Both the position numbers and the translations under genes were made by a program. From a virus (lineage: Duplodnaviria; Caudoviricetes), in the IMG/VR virus record IMGVR_UViG_2684623237_000002, positions 8,215 to 72,214 of that record: a stretch of 64,000 nt of DNA; one strand, 5' to 3'. Below, piece after piece: positions 57,162-64,000 of the stretch. Position 1 is the first letter of the stretch, and every line of letters starts with the position of its first letter. The notes below the pieces were generated by a model that saw only the letters and a list, made by a program, of their open reading frames with translations, did not search any database and had not been told where the DNA came from.

Positions 57162-60100
57162 ATGCGAGCCCGTTCTTTGTCCTTCGGTCCTGCACTTCAC
57201 GCAGCCGCCCTTCTCACATGCACAGCTTTGTCACACGGCAGCCGTCTTTCCCTGCTCGTGGTGAGCCTGATGCTGGCCTTTCCCGGCACCAGCCATGCCG
57301 GTGGCGCTGCGGGAGGGAAGACTTCGATCGCTGCGAGCACCATCTTTGGCGGCGCTGGCGCCGGCTATGACGCCAGCACCGGTAGCACCATTCCCGCCGG
57401 TGCAGGTAATAATGCCAGTGGTGGTGGGGTGGGCCTGAACGGTGCGGCCGGCGCTCTGACTCCAGCCAGTGGCGGTGGGGGTGGTGGCATAGGAAGTAAC
57501 ATCACATCGGCAGGCAATCTGATAAATCCGGTGACTGGTGGGGCCGGCGGTTTAAGCCCTTCCAGCGCTGGCGCGGGGGGCGGTGGCGACGGTGTGGTCC
57601 TGAGCAGCGGTGGCACCCTCAACGTCGCCGTCACCGGCGGTGCTGGTGGTCAGGCCACCTCCAACGCTGGTGGCGGTGGTGGTGGCGCCGGCGTTGTCGA
57701 TACATCAACAGATACCTTGACGATCACGAAGGCCGTAACTGGCGGCGCCGGCGGCCAGGCCGTTCATTACGCCGGGGGTGGCGGTAGCGGTGTTTGGGTA
57801 ACCTCGGCCGGCAACTTGGCGGTAACGACGGGAAGCGTCACGGGCGGCACTGGTGGCCTGGGCGCCGCCGCCGCCACCATTACCGGTGGCAACGACAATG
57901 GAGGCGGTGGAGCTGGCGTCGTTTTCAGCGCTGCCGGCGCTACACTGGACGTCAGCGGACGAGTTTCCGGCGGCAACGTTAACGCTACCACTGGGGGCAT
58001 GGGTGGTATTGGAGGCGCCGGCGTCAACATCCTTTCCGGCGGCGTCAAGGTGACCGTCGAAAGCGGTGGGTCCATTGTCGGGGGCACAGGAGGAAGCCAA
58101 GCCGGAGGAGCCGGGTTTGCCGCTGTCGGCGCCGGCGGCACCGGCAGCGGGGGCACCCTGGGCGGGGTGAGTTTCGTGGGTAGCGCAGGCGGCGTCGGCA
58201 TCGCTGCGGCAGGCGGCGGCAATACGATCGTCACCAGCGGCGCCATCAAGGGTGGAATGGCCGGGGCAACACAAGCCAACGCCATCACCTTCAGCGGCAT
58301 TGTCGGCAACAATACCCTGGAGCTTCTGTCGGGCTACAGCTTTACCGGCGATGTGGTGGCGCAGGGAGTGCTAGACCCCAACCATCTGGTCCTGGGCGGT
58401 GATACCAGCCCGGCGGCGAGCTTCGACGTCTCCCGCATCGGCGCGGCGCCCGGTAGCAACACTACCGCATATACGGGATTTAAAACTTTCCAAAAAACAG
58501 GCGCCAGCACCTGGACGCTGACGGGGACCACGACCGCAGTGACGCCCTGGACGGTATCGGGCGGCACCCTGTCGGTCTCAAGCGACGGCGCGTTGGGTGA
58601 CACATCCGGCGATTTGACGCTGGACGGCGGTACCTTGCAGAACACCGACACTTTCACGACCGCACGTAATGTCGATCTGACCGCCAACGGCGGAACACTG
58701 GATACCGCTGGGGCCGATCTGACACTGTCGGGTGTGGTTTCGGGGCAGGGCGGATTGACCAAGGCAGGGGACGGCAGTCTTATCTTGACCGGAGAGAACA
58801 CCTACACCGGTGGCACCTCCATCACCGCGGGCACCGTACAAGTGGGCGATGGTGGTACGACTGGCAGCCTCCTGGGCGATGTTGCGACGAGCACCGGCAC
58901 CACGCTGGCGTTCGATCACAGCGATCCCTACGCATTCGGCGGCGTGATCTCGGGCGCTGGCGCACTGAACCAAATGGGTAGCGGCACGCTGGTCTTGACT
59001 GGCGAGAACACCTACACCGGTGGCACCTCCATCACCGCCGGCACCGTACAAGTGGGCGATGGTGGTACGACTGGCAGCCTCGTGGGCGACGTTGCGACGA
59101 GCACTGGCACCACGCTGGCGTTCGATCACAGCGATCCCTACGCATTCGGCGGCGTGATCTCGGGCGCTGGCGCACTGAACCAAATGGGTAGCGGCACGCT
59201 GGTCTTGACTGGCGAGAACACCTACACCGGTGGCACCTCCATCACCGCCGGCACCGTACAAGTAGGCGATGGTGGTACGACTGGCAGCCTCCTGGGCGAT
59301 GTTGCGACGAGCACCGGCACCACGCTGGCGTTCGATCACAGCGATCCCTACGCATTCGGCGGCGTGATCTCGGGCGCTGGCGCACTGAACCAAATGGGTA
59401 GCGGCACGCTGGTCTTGACTGGCGCGAACACTTACACCGGCGGCACCTCTATCACCGCTGGCACCGTACAAGTGGGCGATGGTGGTACGACTGGCAGCCT
59501 CGTGGGCGACGTTGCGACGAGCACTGGCACCACGCTGGCGTTCGATCACAGCGATCCCTACGCATTCGGCGGCGTGATCTCGGGCGCTGGCGCACTGAAC
59601 CAAATGGGTAGCGGCACGCTGGTCTTGACTGGCGAGAACACCTACACCGGTGGCACCTCCATCACCGCCGGCACCGTACAAGTAGGCGATGGTGGTACGA
59701 CTGGCAGCCTCCTGGGCGATGTTGCGACGAGCACCGGCACCACGCTGGCGTTCGATCACAGCGATCCCTACGCATTCGGCGGCGTGATCTCGGGCGCTGG
59801 CGCACTGAACCAAATGGGTAGCGGCACGCTGGTCTTGACTGGCGAGAACACCTACACCGGTGGCACCTCCATCACCGCCGGCACCGTACAAGTGGGCGAT
59901 GGTGGTACGACTGGCAGCCTCGTGGGCGACGTTGCGACGAGCACTGGCACCACGCTGGCGTTCGATCACAGCGATCCCTACGCATTCGGCGGCGTGATCT
60001 CGGGCGCTGGCGCACTGAACCAAATGGGTAGCGGCACGCTGGTCTTGACTGGCGAGAACACCTACACCGGTGGCACCTCCATCACCGCCGGCACCGTACA

Positions 60101-62258
60101 AGTAGGCGATGGTGGTACGACTGGCAGCCTCCTGGGCGATGTTGCGACGAGCACCGGCACCACGCTGGCGTTCGATCACAGCGATCCCTACGCATTCGGC
60201 GGCGTGATCTCGGGCGCTGGCGCACTGAACCAAATGGGTAGCGGCACGCTGGTCTTGACTGGCGCGAACACTTACACCGGCGGCACCTCTATCACCGCTG
60301 GCACCGTACAAGTGGGCGATGGTGGTACGACTGGCAGCCTCGTGGGCGACGTTGCGACGAGCACTGGCACCACGCTGGCGTTCGATCACAGCGATCCCTA
60401 CGCATTCGGCGGCGTGATCTCGGGCGCTGGCGCACTGAACCAAATGGGTAGCGGCACGCTGGTCTTGACTGGCGAGAACACCTACACCGGTGGCACCTCC
60501 ATCACCGCCGGCACCGTACAAGTAGGCGATGGTGGTACGACTGGCAGCCTCCTGGGCGATGTTGCGACGAGCACCGGCACCACGCTGGCGTTCGATCACA
60601 GCGATCCCTACGCATTCGGCGGCGTGATCTCGGGCAATGGCGCATTGAGTCAGATAGGCACCGGCACGCTGAGCTTGACCGGCGACAGCAGCGCATTCAC
60701 GGGCGCGAGTGACGTCGGCGCCGGCACCCTGGAGGTTGACGGCAAGCTGGGCGGTACACTGACGGTGGACAGCGGCGCGACCTTGTCCGGCATCGGTACG
60801 GTCGGCACGACGACCCTGGCCAACGGCGCGATCCTGGCGCCCGGCAATAGCGCCACACCGGTCGGCACCCTGAACGTAAATGGCAACCTGACCTTCGCGC
60901 CAGGCTCGACTTATCAGGTCCAGATACCGCCTGGCAGCACCACCAGCAGCCTGGTAAACGTCAGCGGTACAGCTAACCTGGCAGGCTCGGTGGTGCATTT
61001 GGGCGAGAACGGCAATTACGCCGGGTCCAGCACCTACACCATCCTGACGGCCAACCAACTGAACGGCAGCTTTGATTCGGTATCGAGCAACCTGGCCTTC
61101 CTGACGCCTTCGTTGGTCTATGACGCGCATGACGTGATGCTGCGACTTCAGATGAAGGAAAATTTCGCCGACGCTGCCGTAACCCATAACCAGCGCGCCG
61201 TGGCCAATGCGCTGCAAAGCCTGCCTGCGGGCAGTGATCTTTATAACCGCATATTGAACCTGCCCAACGGCGCACCGCCGGCGGCGTTCAACGCGTTGTC
61301 TGGCGAGTCGCACGCCAGCACGGCCTCGGTTCTGCAGGGTGTAACGGACAATGTCATCAAGCTGCCGATGGATCACCTGCGCAGCAAACTGGATGCGGTC
61401 GATGTGGCCAGTCCGGAGGCTGAACAACCCGTCTGGGTTCAGGTGTTCGGCAACTCTCGTACGTTGGGCGGCAACAGCAACTCGGCCAAGGTTGAGGAGT
61501 CGGACGGCGGCGTGTTCGTGGGTGCAGACCGGTTGATCGACAATGGTTGGCGAGTGGGTGGGGCGCTGGGCTATACCGACAGCCACAGCACGGTCAGTGA
61601 TCGTTCGTCCAAGTTCGCTATCGATAGCTACAGCGCCACGGTTTACGGCGGCAAGGCGTTTGACGCAGGTCCCGGCAAGATCAATCTGACTGCCGGCGCG
61701 GCCTATACTTGGAGTGATATCGATAGCCGGCGCGACGTCAACGCCGCCGGCCTGGACCAGGCGCTGAAATCGACGTCCGGCGCCAGCACGGGCCAGGTGT
61801 TTTCGGAACTGGGATACGCGTTGCCGCTGAATAATCACGCCACGATCGAACCGTTCGTAGGTGCCGCGTTCAGCGACCAGCGCCTGCGCGGCTTCTCGGA
61901 ATCGGGCGGTTCCACTGCATTGGACGGCGAAAGCAAAACCAACGATACCACCACCACCACGCTGGGCCTGCACGCCAAGACGGCGCTCACTGCGCTGCAG
62001 TTGCAAGGCCATCTGTATGGCACCGTGGGCTTGCGCCATGCGTTCGGTGATGTAACGCCGGAGACGACGATGGCATTCGAGGGCAGCCAGCCATTTACCG
62101 TCGCGGGCGCACCAATCGCCCGCAATGCGGCAGTCACTGAGGTGGGTGCGGATGTTGCTGTGAGTAAAAACACCACGGTGGGCGTTTCCTACAGCGGGCA
62201 GTTCGGCGCGGGCTACCAGCAGAACGCGGGCAGCATCAACGCTAATTGGCGGTTCTGA
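57162..62258 (+). CDS. Type Va autotransporter with Gly-rich N-terminus and passenger-associated beta-strand repeats
   Basis: Signal peptide ending TSHA; G.GTLVLTG.NTYTGGT.I..GT repeats; C-terminal beta-barrel ending NWRF. Confidence 0.93.
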   Translation: MRARSLSFGPALHAAALLTCTALSHGSRLSLLVVSLMLAFPGTSHAGGAAGGKTSIAASTIFGGAGAGYDASTGSTIPAGAGNNASGGGVGLNGAAGALTPASGGGGGGIGSNITSAGNLINPVTGGAGGLSPSSAGAGGGGDGVVLSSGGTLNVAVTGGAGGQATSNAGGGGGGAGVVDTSTDTLTITKAVTGGAGGQAVHYAGGGGSGVWVTSAGNLAVTTGSVTGGTGGLGAAAATITGGNDNGGGGAGVVFSAAGATLDVSGRVSGGNVNATTGGMGGIGGAGVNILSGGVKVTVESGGSIVGGTGGSQAGGAGFAAVGAGGTGSGGTLGGVSFVGSAGGVGIAAAGGGNTIVTSGAIKGGMAGATQANAITFSGIVGNNTLELLSGYSFTGDVVAQGVLDPNHLVLGGDTSPAASFDVSRIGAAPGSNTTAYTGFKTFQKTGASTWTLTGTTTAVTPWTVSGGTLSVSSDGALGDTSGDLTLDGGTLQNTDTFTTARNVDLTANGGTLDTAGADLTLSGVVSGQGGLTKAGDGSLILTGENTYTGGTSITAGTVQVGDGGTTGSLLGDVATSTGTTLAFDHSDPYAFGGVISGAGALNQMGSGTLVLTGENTYTGGTSITAGTVQVGDGGTTGSLVGDVATSTGTTLAFDHSDPYAFGGVISGAGALNQMGSGTLVLTGENTYTGGTSITAGTVQVGDGGTTGSLLGDVATSTGTTLAFDHSDPYAFGGVISGAGALNQMGSGTLVLTGANTYTGGTSITAGTVQVGDGGTTGSLVGDVATSTGTTLAFDHSDPYAFGGVISGAGALNQMGSGTLVLTGENTYTGGTSITAGTVQVGDGGTTGSLLGDVATSTGTTLAFDHSDPYAFGGVISGAGALNQMGSGTLVLTGENTYTGGTSITAGTVQVGDGGTTGSLVGDVATSTGTTLAFDHSDPYAFGGVISGAGALNQMGSGTLVLTGENTYTGGTSITAGTVQVGDGGTTGSLLGDVATSTGTTLAFDHSDPYAFGGVISGAGALNQMGSGTLVLTGANTYTGGTSITAGTVQVGDGGTTGSLVGDVATSTGTTLAFDHSDPYAFGGVISGAGALNQMGSGTLVLTGENTYTGGTSITAGTVQVGDGGTTGSLLGDVATSTGTTLAFDHSDPYAFGGVISGNGALSQIGTGTLSLTGDSSAFTGASDVGAGTLEVDGKLGGTLTVDSGATLSGIGTVGTTTLANGAILAPGNSATPVGTLNVNGNLTFAPGSTYQVQIPPGSTTSSLVNVSGTANLAGSVVHLGENGNYAGSSTYTILTANQLNGSFDSVSSNLAFLTPSLVYDAHDVMLRLQMKENFADAAVTHNQRAVANALQSLPAGSDLYNRILNLPNGAPPAAFNALSGESHASTASVLQGVTDNVIKLPMDHLRSKLDAVDVASPEAEQPVWVQVFGNSRTLGGNSNSAKVEESDGGVFVGADRLIDNGWRVGGALGYTDSHSTVSDRSSKFAIDSYSATVYGGKAFDAGPGKINLTAGAAYTWSDIDSRRDVNAAGLDQALKSTSGASTGQVFSELGYALPLNNHATIEPFVGAAFSDQRLRGFSESGGSTALDGESKTNDTTTTTLGLHAKTALTALQLQGHLYGTVGLRHAFGDVTPETTMAFEGSQPFTVAGAPIARNAAVTEVGADVAVSKNTTVGVSYSGQFGAGYQQNAGSINANWRF
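58788..60635 (+). repeat. Nine tandem 210-bp (70-aa) near-identical repeats
   Basis: Units start 58788, 58998, 59208 ... 60468; last unit diverges near 60635. Confidence 0.95.
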
Positions 62259-62391
62259 GCCCCGCGGTCCCTTGTTCAACCGCGCGGTGGCAATGCTGCC
62301 GCGCGGGTCCTTGGGTTTGCAGCATCGCGGATTCGGGTACCTACTCGATTGCCTATAAAACAGATAACAGCATTGGGGATGAGAGGAGCTT

Positions 62392-62679
62392 ATGATAACG
62401 AAGGAGCGGTCATTTTCGGTTCGGGACCTAATTACTGCGCTGTTGCGTGATCAGAAGATCCACACCGGCCATTGGGGTCTGAATATTCATTTCATGGCAA
62501 ATGGGGCCAACGTTAAGCAGGCGGACGGGACTGCGCTGCCAGGTCTAACGGTCGCTGTCTCAGGGCTTACGCTTGTTCAGGCGGCACACGCGGAGGATGG
62601 CAGTATCGATGCTTCATTGGTAAACCCGGCGAGACAAAACCGAGTCCTATCGCTGGCGAAACCGAAAGCATTGGACTAA
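62392..62679 (+). CDS. Hypothetical protein
   Basis: GAGGAG RBS; 95 aa. Confidence 0.65.
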   Translation: MITKERSFSVRDLITALLRDQKIHTGHWGLNIHFMANGANVKQADGTALPGLTVAVSGLTLVQAAHAEDGSIDASLVNPARQNRVLSLAKPKALD

Positions 62680-62767
62680 GTGCAGGAAGAAGCAAGAAGC
62701 CCAGCGGTGCGAGCAGATTGAAGGCTGATCTCGGAATGAAGGCGCGATCGCCACTCAGCTATCCGTG

Positions 62768-62992
62768 TTATTCCTCAGCCCGCTTTATTCGACCGATCTT
62801 CACCTCATCCGCGTAACCCACCAGCCTATCTGCTTCATCATAGAGCGTTCCCACCAATCCCATCAGCGCAATGGCATCTGCATTGCTGAGCTTTTCCGCA
62901 AGTTTTCCGAGGTCGACACACGACTGCTCAAGGTTTGAGGCGATCGCCTTGAGGTCGCGGCGCAATTTCTTGTTGGGTTTGGTGAGGGACAT
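62768..62992 (-). CDS. Hypothetical protein (MSLTKPN..LRRDLK type)
   Basis: Helical 74-aa ORF typical of Pseudomonas accessory DNA. Confidence 0.65.
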   Translation of the reverse strand: MSLTKPNKKLRRDLKAIASNLEQSCVDLGKLAEKLSNADAIALMGLVGTLYDEADRLVGYADEVKIGRIKRAEE

Positions 62993-63087
62993 GGAGATGC
63001 CTTAGGAATTTGCCCGTCGAATAGTGAGTATGGTCGGCAACTAGAGAAGAGCTCAATATTGCGGTGCTCTGCGGGATTCCCCTCCGG

Positions 63088-63297
63088 TCAATCCGCCGCC
63101 ATGAGCACGGCCAGGGTCAGCTTGATGAACTCTTCGTTCTCGTCGATGGTGTGCAGAGCGCCGCGTATGTTCTCTGCCACGTCAGCGGAGCCGCGTTGTT
63201 CGACCCAGTTCGATAGCTCCATGATCGAGGCTTCGAGGGCTAGCTGGTTTTCGTAGAGCTTGGAGAGCAGGGAAGGGAGCAGGTCTGAGTTGGGCAT
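63088..63297 (-). CDS. Hypothetical protein (MPNSDLLPSLL type)
   Basis: GAGG RBS before ATG 63297. Confidence 0.65.
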   Translation of the reverse strand: MPNSDLLPSLLSKLYENQLALEASIMELSNWVEQRGSADVAENIRGALHTIDENEEFIKLTLAVLMAAD

Positions 63298-63511
63298 CGG
63301 CGTTCCTCTGGTGGAGTGAACAGCGTAGCAGTTGGTGGTTGGTAGCCAAATCCAGCATTGGGAGTGTCCGCACTCGACCCAGAGCAGCCTTTCACGAGGG
63401 CAGGAATCGGCCAAAAGAGGTCATTCAAATGTCTCTAGAAAACAGGGGCTATTAACCCAGGCCAGGCGGAGGTGACGGAAGGAGCCAAGCTCCCTCCGCC
63501 TGTTCAGCTAA

Positions 63512-64000
63512 TCAGTTCGTACCAATGAAGGGGTCCCATTGGATGAAACGTATTGATGGTCGCAGTCCTCCGGAGGTCACTTTGACCTGGATCTGGTAGG
63601 TGGTCTGAGAGGACGCGTTGCGAGCCAGGCCCACCCAGTAGTCACCAGCGGTACCTATTTGCATCGGGTAGCCATCGCTGCCGAACACGGAGCCCTGGGA
63701 AACTTGGAAGCCAGTGATGGCTACCGTGTCGCCGGCGTTCTGATCTATCGGTACCACCTCGAAGCCGATGTAGTCCCCGATATTGCAGTGGGTGCGCAGT
63801 TCCAACGATCCTTCGCCGTTGCTGTCATTACTTACACGATTGTCGAACATGTACACACCGGTGGAAATGTTCCCGCCACCAGTGCCCAGTACATAAGAGG
63901 TGTCGATGGCAATGGTGATAGCGGTTTGCGGATTGGCGATGCCCGTAAGCACCTGCGAATCAGCGACCCAGACCTTTGCAGTATTTTTTTCGCCACTCAT
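63512..64000 (-). CDS. AidA/PixA inclusion-body family-like protein
   Basis: IDT..V, YM.D....GEGS.EL......GD.I, YW.G, YQI, WDPFI pattern; start at window edge. Confidence 0.6.
   Translation of the reverse strand: MSGEKNTAKVWVADSQVLTGIANPQTAITIAIDTSYVLGTGGGNISTGVYMFDNRVSNDSNGEGSLELRTHCNIGDYIGFEVVPIDQNAGDTVAITGFQVSQGSVFGSDGYPMQIGTAGDYWVGLARNASSQTTYQIQVKVTSGGLRPSIRFIQWDPFIGTN

Noticed and set aside
58788-60635. Possible CRISPR array
   Set aside because: Repeats are contiguous, in-frame coding units with no unique spacers and no cas genes
58578-62279. 1233-aa minus-strand ORF over the autotransporter
   Set aside because: Shadow of a GC-rich repetitive coding strand; no motifs or RBS, unlike the HNH inside the intein

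Overview
About 56.5 kb of this window (1 to ~56.5k) is a near-complete lambda-like temperate siphophage in a GC-rich, Pseudomonas-type genome. Its left end and integrase lie outside the window. Gene order: leftward early operon (HNH, C5 methyltransferase, PAPS-reductase family, Exo/RecT), immunity region (oL/pL, cI, oR/pR, cro), replication/nin/Q, a late cargo slot (Com zinc finger, lectin-like bacteriocin, unknown gene), holin, a fluoride riboswitch-Fluc moron, head, tail, lysis and an SOS-linked right end. After the prophage come a large autotransporter with nine 210-bp repeats and small accessory genes. Most notable observations: (1) a 336-aa intein in the Walker A motif of the terminase large subunit, with no recognisable in-frame endonuclease, that carries an HTH-HTH-HNH endonuclease gene with its own RBS on the OPPOSITE strand while both frames stay open; (2) a ~90-nt three-hairpin leader, with one compensatory base-pair change, duplicated in front of both cargo genes downstream of com, suggesting a Com-controlled cargo array; (3) an AT-rich STAS/GHKL-ATPase + STAS + membrane-protein operon in the rexAB position; (4) repeated junction sequences that make the morons look like exchangeable cassettes, and a dispersed 36-bp palindrome. 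All calls come from manual motif reading; no database searches were run.
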